Position numbers and translations under genes: made by a program. From an uncultured delta proteobacterium (GTDB lineage: Bacteria; Myxococcota_A; Polyangia; Polyangiales; Polyangiaceae): a DNA stretch of 64,000 bases. The DNA lies in contig CAVOKF010000007.1 of the NCBI GenBank assembly GCA_963696385.1, forward strand, positions 960,001 through 1,024,000, given 5' to 3'. Below, in pieces: positions 33,773 through 43,152 of this stretch (within the stretch, counting starts at the first letter, position 1; the number at the start of each line of letters is the position of its first letter). Under the pieces are notes generated by a model. The model ran no database searches, was not told the origin of the DNA, and worked only from the letters and a program-made list of their open reading frames with translations.

Positions 33773-34978
33773 CTAATGCCGCGGTGCCGGCGGCGACAGC
33801 GACGGCGCCGCGTCGTCGCCCAGTCGTCCGAGCGTCAGCCGGATGTCGAATTGCTTCTTCCCCCGCTGGACGCGAACCGTAACCGTTCGGCCCACGCCCG
33901 CGGTGCTGGCGAGCCACCGCAACTGCGCCGAGTGGTCGATCGGTCGCCCCTCGAAAGCAACGATGATGTCTCCCGGCTGAAGATTGCCTTGGTCCGCGGG
34001 TCCGCCGGACGCCACATACTCGACGACGGCCCCCCAGAGTCGGGTGTCCTGCGGGAGCCCCAACGCCGCGCGATCGTCGTTCGAGAGTTCGTGTGCATCG
34101 GCAATCCGAAGGCCGAGCGCACTGCGCGTGACGTGTCCGTCGCGTAGAAGCATCGGAAGAAGCTGCTTGACCATGTTGATCGGAATCGCGAAGCCGATTC
34201 CTTGCGCTCCACCACCCCGGATTGCCGTATTGATGCCGACGACCTCGCCCCTGAGATTGAGCAGTGGCCCTCCGGAGTTTCCCGGATTGATCGAGGCGTC
34301 GGTCTGCAGAAAACTGTAGTATCCACTCGGGTCGAGCGGCCCGTCCTCGAGAGTTCGTCCCTTCGCGCTGATGATTCCAGCGCTCACGGTATGGGCGAGG
34401 CCGAACGGATTGCCGATTGCGACCACCCAGTCGCCGACGTCAGTGGCGTCGGAGTCGCCGAGCGGCAGGGGCCGGAGATCCTTCGCATCGATCCGAATGA
34501 CCGCAACGTCGGTCGGCGCGTCGGTGCCTACGACTCGGCCCGGGAGTTCCCGATCGTCGGAAAGCTTCACCTGAACGGCGTTGGCGCCTTCGACCACGTG
34601 GTTGTTCGTGAGAACGATGCCATTGCGATCGACCACGAAGCCCGTGCCGAGCCCGCGCATTTCGCGCCGTGCGAGATGCGTGAACGGAGAAATTTCGACC
34701 GTCACGGTATTGATGGTCACAACGCTCGGATCCGCCGCCCGCGCAATCGGAGCGAAACTGACCGGTTCGCCACGGACGGCCACCGGGAACGGCTCGCCTT
34801 GCGTCCGGGCCGGCGACGGTTCGGGCGCAAGGGCGACGGACGTCGCTCCGGGCGGCAGGATGGCACTGTCCTCTCGCCCCGCTTCGTGTCGGGCGTACTT
34901 GCACGCCCCCGATAGGGTGGTCACCGTCAGCACCGCCATGCCGAGCGCCGCGGCGCGGACCATGCGGTTATGGGTCAC
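33773..34978 (-). CDS. HtrA/DegP-family serine protease, single PDZ, probable lipoprotein
   Basis: GLGTGFVV, LTNNHVV, TDVAV, QTDASINPGNSGGPL; lipobox-like SGAC. Confidence 0.94.
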   Translation of the reverse strand: MTHNRMVRAAALGMAVLTVTTLSGACKYARHEAGREDSAILPPGATSVALAPEPSPARTQGEPFPVAVRGEPVSFAPIARAADPSVVTINTVTVEISPFTHLARREMRGLGTGFVVDRNGIVLTNNHVVEGANAVQVKLSDDRELPGRVVGTDAPTDVAVIRIDAKDLRPLPLGDSDATDVGDWVVAIGNPFGLAHTVSAGIISAKGRTLEDGPLDPSGYYSFLQTDASINPGNSGGPLLNLRGEVVGINTAIRGGGAQGIGFAIPINMVKQLLPMLLRDGHVTRSALGLRIADAHELSNDDRAALGLPQDTRLWGAVVEYVASGGPADQGNLQPGDIIVAFEGRPIDHSAQLRWLASTAGVGRTVTVRVQRGKKQFDIRLTLGRLGDDAAPSLSPPAPRH

Positions 34979-35268
34979 GTTTTGGAAAGCTCGACGAATC
35001 TCAAGCGGAGGTCGAAAAGAATTTGCCCGATGAGCCGCTCTTCCTCACCGGACAAGTTTCCCTTGGTCTTCTCGTCCAGCATGCCGATGAGATCGATCGT
35101 TTGCCGCGCCAGCGGCAGGTTCCTTTCGACTCGACCGGTCTCCGGGTTCGGCGCTTCGCCAAGATGCATCAGCGCCGAGTGGCTGAGCGACAGCACGAAC
35201 GTCGAGAAATCGACCTGGGGGAGTGTTTCATCGGACTCGTCTCGGGCGCTTGCGTCGACCACCACCAA
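34975..35268 (-). CDS. DUF1844 family protein
   Basis: DFSTFVLSLSHSALMHLG and ARQTIDLIGMLDEKTKGNL motifs. Confidence 0.85.
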   Translation of the reverse strand: MVVVDASARDESDETLPQVDFSTFVLSLSHSALMHLGEAPNPETGRVERNLPLARQTIDLIGMLDEKTKGNLSGEEERLIGQILFDLRLRFVELSKT

Positions 35269-35279
35269 GCCCCCCCGCC

Positions 35280-35465
35280 TCAGCTCTCGCGCGGTCCGAG
35301 GGCCGGTTGCGTGAATACGATCGACTCGGCCTGCTCTGCGGCATCGACGAGCTGCGCCAAATGCCGCTCGAGGTCCTTCTCGTCGAAGAAGCCCCTTCGC
35401 AGGTTTCTCTCACGGACGCGCACGTCCCAATCCCAGGCCTGGATCGTCTTGTTGCCGGTCGGCAT
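35280..35465 (-). CDS. Small hypothetical protein (61 aa)
   Basis: GGAG RBS upstream and co-oriented between slyD and DUF1844; sequence WDVRVRERNLRRG...ERHLAQLVD looks like a real protein. Confidence 0.68.
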   Translation of the reverse strand: MPTGNKTIQAWDWDVRVRERNLRRGFFDEKDLERHLAQLVDAAEQAESIVFTQPALGPRES

Positions 35466-35512
35466 CGTTCATTCTCCTTGGCAGGCCCCGCGTGGAGCCA
35501 ATCTTCGCGGCG

Positions 35513-36076
35513 TCAGTTGGCGTCGCGCCCAGCGATGTGCACTGGTTCCTCTCCGTGATCGCAGTCCGGCCCGTGAACGTGCTCGTGCGCGTCGTCCAGA
35601 TCGGCTGCGGCACGATCGATTTCCTCGACAGTCGCTGCGCGAACTTCGCGCACGCGGACCACATATCGAAGGGTCATGCCCGCGAGCGGGTGGTTTGCGT
35701 CCACCAGGACGTGGTCGTCGTGCACCTCGGCAACGCTCATGGCGATCTCTTCGCCGTCGGGCGATTCTGCGACGAACTCGTCGCCCACGGCGACCCCGGG
35801 TCGGTCGGGCAATTGGTCGCGGCTTACCTCCAGCAAAAGGCCCTCGTCGTATTCGCCGTAACCCGCCTCGGCCGGGACGACGACCTCGCGCTCGTCGCCC
35901 ACCCGTAGGCCGACGAGCGCAGCCTCCAGCCCGGGTACGAGCATGCCGTAGCCGTGCACATAGCGGATGGGCTGTCCGTCGTCGGCTTCGCTGGCGTCGA
36001 GCAAGTCCCCCTCCTCGTCTCGCAGCTCGTAGTCGACCGTGACGTGGGTATTCGGCTGAATCGTGAGGATGCTCAC
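35513..36076 (-). CDS. slyD: FKBP-type peptidyl-prolyl isomerase SlyD
   Basis: YVHGYGMLVPGLEAAL, VDANHPLAG and His-rich tail HEHVHGPDCDH. Confidence 0.93.
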   Translation of the reverse strand: MSILTIQPNTHVTVDYELRDEEGDLLDASEADDGQPIRYVHGYGMLVPGLEAALVGLRVGDEREVVVPAEAGYGEYDEGLLLEVSRDQLPDRPGVAVGDEFVAESPDGEEIAMSVAEVHDDHVLVDANHPLAGMTLRYVVRVREVRAATVEEIDRAAADLDDAHEHVHGPDCDHGEEPVHIAGRDAN

Positions 36077-36243
36077 GGGCGGAGCACTAGCTCGGCCGAA
36101 CCGCGGCGTCGAGTCGCGCCGATTGGGCGGATCGGCCCCGCTCGTACGACGGACCGAACGGTAGGTCGGAAATCGAGCGGCGAACGCCGCGGCTACGGAG
36201 GCCCGGCGGCTGGGACGTTGTTACTGTGGCCGAACGAGTGTCC

Positions 36244-37575
36244 ATGACGCGTCGTGCAGTCTTCTCGTGGGCGATCGGGCTCGCTCTCAGCATCGGCTTA
36301 TGTGCGGGCGCGTGGCGCTATTACCGAACGCACCGCCCGCCGCTCGTGACGTACCAGACGGCGCCGGTGGCGCGCCGCCGAGTCATAGGTCGTGTGACTG
36401 CCACCGGAACCCTGCTGGCGACCGTGACGGTGCAGGTCGGCACACAGGTCTCCGGCAATGTTCAGAAGCTTTTGGTCGACTACAATTCGCCGGTCAAGAA
36501 GGGCCAGCTCATCGCCAAGATCAATCCCCTGCTCTTCGAAGCGGCGGTGGAGCAAGCCAGCGCGAATTATGCATCGGCCAAGGCCGCTTTGCAGAGCGCG
36601 AGGGCGCAAGCCGACCTGGCCGTCAAACAGCTCGCGCGGTTGCAGGCGCTCGAGAAGGTGAACCTTGCCGCCAAACAAGACGTCGACTCGGCGCAGTCGA
36701 ACGCCGACGTGACGACCGCCCAAGTTCAGGTGGCCGTCGCGGCTCTGGCGCAAGCCCAGGCGCAGCTTCACCAAGCCGAGACGAATCTGTCGTTCACGAA
36801 CATCGTGTCGCCGATCGACGGAACGGTGATCTCGCGCAGCGTCGACGTCGGCCAAACCGTGGCGGCGTCGCTGCAGGCGCCGACGGTCTTCACCATCGCG
36901 GAGGACCTCCGCAAGATGCAGGTCAATACCAACGTGTCCGAAGGGGACATCGGGCGCGTCGAAGAAGGGATGGCCGCGACATTCACGGTCGACGCATTTC
37001 CGGGCCAGCGCTTCCGCGGGCGCGTGAGCCAAATTCGCAACTCCGCCACCACCGTACAAAATGTCGTCACCTACGACGCCGTGATCGACGTGGACAATGC
37101 CGATCTGCGTCTCCGGCCCGGCATGACCGCCAACGTGACGATCGTCTACGCGGACCGACGCGATGCCCTCGCGGTTCCCAATGCTGCCTTGCGATTCCGG
37201 CCCCCGCCGGAGTCCAACGTTCGCGCTCCCCCGCAGGCGGAAGCCAGGGGGCGCTCCGGTGACGGCCGCGGAGGGGTCGAGGGCGGCGGGCATGGGGCGA
37301 ACGCCCGTCCGTCCGACGACGGGCAGCACCCCCACAGCGGCGAGTGGCCTCATGGGCACGACGGCAACCAGCAATCGGCCGACGCGAAAACGGTCTGGAA
37401 GCTCGTTGGGGGCGAACCGGTCGCGGTTGGCGCGACCGTGGGGTTGTCCGACGGCGCCTTTACCGAGGTGACGGGAGGAGACCTCAGCGAAGGCGATCCG
37501 GTCGTGATCGACGCCGATGTCAGCGGCAAGACACCTGCGGCAACCTCGCTGGCCGGTCCTCGAAGGCCATTCTAG
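36244..37575 (+). CDS. MacA-like periplasmic adaptor (membrane fusion protein)
   Basis: VQVGTQVSG, IVSPIDGTVISR, GQTVAASLQAP, LRPGMTANV. Confidence 0.92.
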   Translation: MTRRAVFSWAIGLALSIGLCAGAWRYYRTHRPPLVTYQTAPVARRRVIGRVTATGTLLATVTVQVGTQVSGNVQKLLVDYNSPVKKGQLIAKINPLLFEAAVEQASANYASAKAALQSARAQADLAVKQLARLQALEKVNLAAKQDVDSAQSNADVTTAQVQVAVAALAQAQAQLHQAETNLSFTNIVSPIDGTVISRSVDVGQTVAASLQAPTVFTIAEDLRKMQVNTNVSEGDIGRVEEGMAATFTVDAFPGQRFRGRVSQIRNSATTVQNVVTYDAVIDVDNADLRLRPGMTANVTIVYADRRDALAVPNAALRFRPPPESNVRAPPQAEARGRSGDGRGGVEGGGHGANARPSDDGQHPHSGEWPHGHDGNQQSADAKTVWKLVGGEPVAVGATVGLSDGAFTEVTGGDLSEGDPVVIDADVSGKTPAATSLAGPRRPF

Positions 37576-37716
37576 AGCAAAGAACATGTTGGCTCCCGTC
37601 GGCTTTCTGCGGCTTTCCCGCCTCTCAGGGCGTTGCTCCTGCTCAGCCTTCCGAGGGGCCCCGCAGAAACACTCGTCTCACGCCCTGCATGTGCGGCGCG
37701 GTCGGGCCGGCAACTG

Positions 37717-38436
37717 ATGGGCGAGGCACTGGTCGCGCTGGAGGCGATTTCACGCTTCTACACCGCCGGCGACACGGTGGTGCGCGCGCTCGACGGCGTG
37801 ACCCTCTCGATCGATGGCGGCGAATTCGTCGCCATCATGGGCCCTTCCGGATCGGGCAAGTCGACGCTGATGAACGTGCTCGGATGCCTCGACCGACCCA
37901 CGGATGGACGATATTTTCTCGCAGGTCGCGAAGTGTCGCGGCTGAGCAAGGCGGAGCTCGCGGACGTTCGCAACCGTGTTCTCGGCTTCGTCTTCCAGAG
38001 CTTCAATCTGCTGCCGCGCACGAGCGCACTCGAGAACGTGGAACTGCCGCTCATGTACCAGGGTCTGCGCGGCCGTGAACGCCGCCGCCGCGCGGTCGAG
38101 GCCCTCGAGAGCGTTGGACTCGGCGACCGCATTGAGCACAACCCCAATCAGTTATCGGGTGGTCAGCAGCAGCGCGTGGCGATTGCCCGCGCACTCGTCA
38201 CCAAGCCGCGTCTGGTCTTGGCGGACGAGCCGACCGGCAACCTCGACTCGCGTACGAGCCTCGACGTCATGGCCATCCTTCAAGAGCTCGGCGGCCATGG
38301 AATCACGGTCGTCCTGGTCACCCACGAACCGGACGTCGCCCAGTTCGCGACGCGCGTCGTCGTCGTTAAGGACGGGCAGGTCCGAACCGACGAGCGCCGA
38401 ACCCCGAAGTCCGCAGCGGCCGCGCGGGAGGCGTAG
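37717..38436 (+). CDS. MacB-type ABC transporter ATP-binding subunit
   Basis: [42 protein letters not shown]. Confidence 0.94.
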   Translation: MGEALVALEAISRFYTAGDTVVRALDGVTLSIDGGEFVAIMGPSGSGKSTLMNVLGCLDRPTDGRYFLAGREVSRLSKAELADVRNRVLGFVFQSFNLLPRTSALENVELPLMYQGLRGRERRRRAVEALESVGLGDRIEHNPNQLSGGQQQRVAIARALVTKPRLVLADEPTGNLDSRTSLDVMAILQELGGHGITVVLVTHEPDVAQFATRVVVVKDGQVRTDERRTPKSAAAAREA

Positions 38437-39666
38437 ATGTTTCTTTGGCAAACGCTGCGCGTGGCTCTGCGGGCCATCTTCCGGAACAAACTCCGGTCGT
38501 TCCTGACGACCCTCGGGATCATCATCGGCGTCGGCGCGGTCATCGCGATGATGGCGATCGGTGCCGGAGCCAAATCGCAGGTGGAGCAGGCCTTCGCAGC
38601 CATGGGCACGAATTTGCTCATCATCTTGCCGGGATCGGCGACGTCGGGAGGCGCGCGGGGTGGGTTCGGTTCGATGCCCTCGCTCACCAAGGACGACGTC
38701 GAAGCCATTCGAACCCAAGTCGCGACCGTCAAAAGGGCCGCTCCGGCCCTGCGATCGGGTCAGTCGCTCGTGGGCGACGTGGCCAACTGGACCACGAGCG
38801 TCACCGGCACGACCCCCGACTACTTTCTCATCCGCAACTGGCCGATGCAGTCCGGCGTCTCGCTGACCGAACAGGACGTGGAGGGCGGGGCGAAGGTGAT
38901 GGTCCTCGGGCAAACGGTGGCCGACAAGCTCTTCGGTCCGAACTCGGATCCCGTCGGGCAGACAGTTCGAGTCGGTAGCACGCCATTTTCCGTCGTCGGG
39001 CTCGCCGCCGAGAAGGGGCAGTCGAGCAGCGGACAGGACTACGACGATGCAACGTTCATCCCGGTGTCGACGTACGAACACAAGATTCAGGGGAGCCTGA
39101 ACAACTATCTTCAGGGGACGATCTACGTCGAGGCCACTTCCTCGGCCGACGTCGACCGAGCGCAAAAGGCCATCACCGCGCTGCTGCGCGACCGGCACCG
39201 TCTCTCCGCGCGCGACGACGACGACTTCTCTATCCGCAACATGAGCGAGATCGCCGGGGCCCGCCAGCAGGGAACCGAGACGATGACGATGCTCCTCGCA
39301 AGCGTCGCCGCAGTCTCGCTGCTCGTCGGCGGGATCGGCATCATGAATATCATGCTCGTCAGCGTGACCGAGCGAACGCGCGAAATCGGCCTCCGCATGG
39401 CGCTCGGCGCAAAACCGCTGAACGTTTTGACGCAGTTTCTCATCGAAGCGCTCGTGCTTTCGCTCGCGGGAGGAGCGCTCGGGATCGGCGTCGGTCTCGG
39501 AATCGCCCAAGGCCTGGCGCATCGGTTTGGCTGGCCGATGCTGGTCCAGCCGCAAGTGATCCTCGCCTCGGTGCTCTTCAGCGCTTCGGTCGGGATCATC
39601 TTCGGTCTCTACCCGGCACGCAAGGCATCGCAGCTCGATCCGATCGATGCGCTGCGGTACGAATGA
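38437..39666 (+). CDS. MacB-type ABC transporter permease
   Basis: RSFLTTLGIIIGV, GGIGIMNIMLVSVTERTREIG, DPIDALRYE. Confidence 0.94.
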   Translation: MFLWQTLRVALRAIFRNKLRSFLTTLGIIIGVGAVIAMMAIGAGAKSQVEQAFAAMGTNLLIILPGSATSGGARGGFGSMPSLTKDDVEAIRTQVATVKRAAPALRSGQSLVGDVANWTTSVTGTTPDYFLIRNWPMQSGVSLTEQDVEGGAKVMVLGQTVADKLFGPNSDPVGQTVRVGSTPFSVVGLAAEKGQSSSGQDYDDATFIPVSTYEHKIQGSLNNYLQGTIYVEATSSADVDRAQKAITALLRDRHRLSARDDDDFSIRNMSEIAGARQQGTETMTMLLASVAAVSLLVGGIGIMNIMLVSVTERTREIGLRMALGAKPLNVLTQFLIEALVLSLAGGALGIGVGLGIAQGLAHRFGWPMLVQPQVILASVLFSASVGIIFGLYPARKASQLDPIDALRYE

Positions 39667-39693
39667 CGGGCAGTCTCCAGCCCCAAACGCGTA

Positions 39694-41385
39694 TTACTCG
39701 TACCGCAATCCGTCGACGGGCCGCAGTTGCGACGCTTGCTTGGCGGGAAACAGCGTGGCGATCGTGCAGATCGTGAGTGCGGCGATCGTAACGGCGCCGT
39801 AGTCCCAGCCGTTCACGTCGATGGGTAGGCGATCGATGTAGTAGACGTCGGGATCGAGCCGCAGCCCGAACCAGGCCAGCCCGGTGCACAGCGCCAGACC
39901 CGTGGACACTCCGAGCAATGTTCCGATTCCACCGATGATGATTCCTTCGGTCATGAACGTCCGGAGGATGGCCCCGTCGGTGGCGCCGAGTGCCTTGAGA
40001 ATGGCGATCTCTTTGGCCTTCTCGGTCATCATCAAGAGCAGCGTGCAGACGATGCAGAAGCTCGCAACGATGATTTCGATCGACAAGATCAGAAACGTCG
40101 CAATCCGCTCGAGCTTGAGCGCACTGAACAGATTCTTGTTGATCTCGCGCCAATCCCGCACCCTGAGATCGGGATTGTGGACCGCGGCCGCCACGAGAGG
40201 CGTCACCCGATCGGCGTTCTCTGCGTCGTCGACCTTGACGTCGATCGTGGTGATTTGGTCCGGCAGAGCGAAGTAGTTCTGCGCTTCGGCGAGCGTCGTA
40301 TAGACGTGTGTCTCGTCGTACTCGTACATCCCACTGTAAAAGATCGCGGCAATTCGATACTTGCGCGTCTTCGGCATGACGCCCATGGGGCCCAGATCCC
40401 CGAGCGGAGAGACGAGCGTCACTTCGTCGCCGACGTACACGTGCAGCGTCTTTGCGAGCTCCCGACCGACGACCAGACCGGGTCGCAGCGGCGGAGCATC
40501 GATGACTGCGCGTACGGCCGGATCCAGGTCGTCGCCGAGAGGTGGGAGCTCCGGCCCCTTCGTGTATTCTTCTCCGCCCGGGCCGATGCCGATGACTTCG
40601 TCGGCCGGAATGCGACGCAATCGATCGGGATCCTCGAGGTATCCGAGCTTGTCGGACACCTTGACGGGGGCTTCGATGTTCTTGCGGAGATCGATTACGT
40701 TGCCGATCGTCGCCGGGTCGATTCCGTGGACGACGACTCCCGCGAGGTTGGACGTGCTCGCTATCATGACCTCGCCTTGGACCACGGCAGTCGCGCCGAG
40801 GACCCCTGGAATCGCCCGAACGCGGTCGATCACCGGATCGTAGTCCGCCCACCCCGACTGGCTCGCCGTGTCAATCACGATGTGCGCGTTATTTCCCAAG
40901 ATCTTGCGTTTGAGGTCGGCGCTGAACCCGCCCATGACGCTGATCGCGCCTGAGAGTGAGAAGGATGCCAGCGCGACAGCGAAGATCGACAGTCCGCTGA
41001 TGAGCGTGAGAAATCCGCTCTTTTTCGCGCGAACGTGCCTCGCCGCGATGTACAAAGCGAAGGTGCCGCGCTCCAGGCTGTCGAGCGCCCATGGCAAGAG
41101 CGCGACGACGGTGCCGACCAGGAAGAGAACCCCGGCCACGATGGCCCCGGCGCGGATGACGGCATCCCTCACGTTCCACGCCGATCCGTGGAGGACGGGC
41201 AAGCGTTCCGTCCAATACATGAGCCCGAGAAACACCGCCCCGAGGACCGCGCCCACGCTCTGGAGAACGCCGCGGGCCGTCTCGATTCGGGCAAAATCAC
41301 GCCGAGCGCGCCAGGCGAGAAATGCGATGGCCAGAACAGCCACCGCCGCCGTGGACAGGAGCGCGGGGCCGGGGAGTGCTTTCAC
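39694..41385 (-). CDS. lolE: Lipoprotein-releasing ABC permease LolC/E with extra N-terminal TM segments
   Basis: SVMGGFSADLKRKILG, GMYEYD, DWREINKNLFSALKLE, EIAILKALGA, DVYYIDRLP; GTG start overlaps the lysS stop. Confidence 0.88.
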   Translation of the reverse strand: MKALPGPALLSTAAVAVLAIAFLAWRARRDFARIETARGVLQSVGAVLGAVFLGLMYWTERLPVLHGSAWNVRDAVIRAGAIVAGVLFLVGTVVALLPWALDSLERGTFALYIAARHVRAKKSGFLTLISGLSIFAVALASFSLSGAISVMGGFSADLKRKILGNNAHIVIDTASQSGWADYDPVIDRVRAIPGVLGATAVVQGEVMIASTSNLAGVVVHGIDPATIGNVIDLRKNIEAPVKVSDKLGYLEDPDRLRRIPADEVIGIGPGGEEYTKGPELPPLGDDLDPAVRAVIDAPPLRPGLVVGRELAKTLHVYVGDEVTLVSPLGDLGPMGVMPKTRKYRIAAIFYSGMYEYDETHVYTTLAEAQNYFALPDQITTIDVKVDDAENADRVTPLVAAAVHNPDLRVRDWREINKNLFSALKLERIATFLILSIEIIVASFCIVCTLLLMMTEKAKEIAILKALGATDGAILRTFMTEGIIIGGIGTLLGVSTGLALCTGLAWFGLRLDPDVYYIDRLPIDVNGWDYGAVTIAALTICTIATLFPAKQASQLRPVDGLRYE

Positions 41386-43085
41386 GCGCCACTTCTGCTT
41401 TGGCCCGGCTCGGGTCGGAGCAGCGGGAAGAGAACGACGTCTCGGATCGACGGTGCGTTGGTCAACGCCATGACGAGGCGATCCATTCCCATGCCGAAGC
41501 CTGCGGTAGGGGGCATCCCGTGCTCGAGGGCTCGCACGTAATCGTCGTCGTAGTCCATGGCGTCCGCATCCCCTCGGGCCTTTTTCTCGATCTGGGCGCG
41601 GAAGCGGTCCGCCTGGTCGTCCGGATCGTTCAGCTCGCTGAACGCGTTGCAGAGCTCGCGGCCATGGACGAAGAGCTCGAAGCGATCGGTCAGCTCGGGC
41701 CGGTCGTCATTGCGTCGCGCGAGTGGCGAGACTTCGAACGGATAGTCCTTGATGAACACCGGAACGGAATGTTTGCCGTCCCGGGTCCGGAAGTCCTCCG
41801 TCAGGAACGGCTCGGCGACGTATTCGTAGCAAGCGAACAGTCGCTCCCCGTCGCTGACGCACGCCCCCAGATTCTGGCGAAAATTGGACCAGTCGACCGA
41901 ACGCGCCCGCGGCGACGCCTGCGCCCACTCTTTGATTCGTCCGGCAAACCCCGGCTTCAACAGCGACACCAATGCGGAGCCCCCTGCCGCCTCGACTGCG
42001 GCCACCCACTCGGGGATCGCCGTACGCTCGGCCGCCAGTGCGACCGCCCGGTCCATGGGCACGCGTTCGAACGGCTCGTCGAAGGTGAATGGACGGGCTT
42101 GCTTCCACGAAGCATGCGGTCCGGGCATCGCCGCGGCAAGCCGCGCATCGATGCCGCGCAAGAGCACCTCGCCGAAATTCATCAAGTCATCGTACGTGGC
42201 ATACGCTTGATAAAATTCGAGGATGGTGAACTCGGGATTGTGACGCGTGCTGACCCCTTCGTTGCGATACGAGCGGCCGATTTCGTAGACTCGCTCCAAG
42301 CCTCCCACCACCAGGCGCTTCAAGTAGAGCTCGGGAGCGATTCGCATGAAAAGGGGCATGTCGAGCGCGTTGTGATGCGTGACGAACGGCCGCGCAACGG
42401 CGCCTCCGATGACCGAATGCATCGTTGGGGTCTCGACTTCGAGGAACCCGTGCTCTTCGAGGATTTCGCGGGTGGCTCGGATCACGTGGCTGCGGGCCCG
42501 AAAGACGTCGGCCACCTCTGGGTTGGCCACGAGATCGACATAACGTTGGCGGTAGCGCAGCTCGACGTCCGTGAGCCCGTGCCACTTCTCGGGCAGCGGC
42601 CGGTACGCCTTGGTCAGCAGTCGGAGACGACGCGGTTCGATCGACAGCTCTCCACGCTTGCTCGCGCCGAGCGAACCTTCGGCTTCGACGAAATCGCCCA
42701 CGTCCAGATCGACGAGCCGCTCGTAGTCCGCCCCCAAGACCGCCTGGCTCACGAGAAGCTGAATCTCACCCGTGCGATCCCTCAAACGCAAAAACGACAG
42801 TCCCCCCGTCGATCGGAATGCGACGATGCGTCCGCGCACGTGAAACAGTGCGTCGTGCCCCAGTGAGCGGACGCGCGCCTCGTCGTAGTGTCCCGCAGCA
42901 TCGCGCGCCGCGTCGGCCACGCTGCGCGCCTCGGCGATATCGAACGTGCGCGCGCCGAGCCGCGGCGCGACGTCGTTGGCGAAGGGCCGCTGGCCACGTT
43001 CTCGCACGCGGTCGGCTTTCGCGCGGCGAGCGTCGACGATGGCTCGTTCCGCCGGTGCGTGGCTTTTCTTCGGGTCGTCGGCCAT
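41382..43085 (-). CDS. lysS: Lysine--tRNA ligase (class II)
   Basis: LPEKWHGLTDVELRYRQRYVDL, RIAPELYLKRL, RNEGVSTRHNPEF, HGMPPTAGFGMGMDRL. Confidence 0.97.
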   Translation of the reverse strand: MADDPKKSHAPAERAIVDARRAKADRVRERGQRPFANDVAPRLGARTFDIAEARSVADAARDAAGHYDEARVRSLGHDALFHVRGRIVAFRSTGGLSFLRLRDRTGEIQLLVSQAVLGADYERLVDLDVGDFVEAEGSLGASKRGELSIEPRRLRLLTKAYRPLPEKWHGLTDVELRYRQRYVDLVANPEVADVFRARSHVIRATREILEEHGFLEVETPTMHSVIGGAVARPFVTHHNALDMPLFMRIAPELYLKRLVVGGLERVYEIGRSYRNEGVSTRHNPEFTILEFYQAYATYDDLMNFGEVLLRGIDARLAAAMPGPHASWKQARPFTFDEPFERVPMDRAVALAAERTAIPEWVAAVEAAGGSALVSLLKPGFAGRIKEWAQASPRARSVDWSNFRQNLGACVSDGERLFACYEYVAEPFLTEDFRTRDGKHSVPVFIKDYPFEVSPLARRNDDRPELTDRFELFVHGRELCNAFSELNDPDDQADRFRAQIEKKARGDADAMDYDDDYVRALEHGMPPTAGFGMGMDRLVMALTNAPSIRDVVLFPLLRPEPGQSRSGA

Positions 43086-43152
43086 CCATGCTCTCCGCGT
43101 TCTGGGACGGTGGCGTACGGTTCGGCGCGATAGAGGCGCCGACCGTCCGCGC

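Noticed and set aside
39620..39740. Imperfect inverted repeat between convergent MacB and LolE 3' ends
   Set aside because: Explained by the shared family C-terminus (ASQLxPxDxLRYE), not a recombination site.
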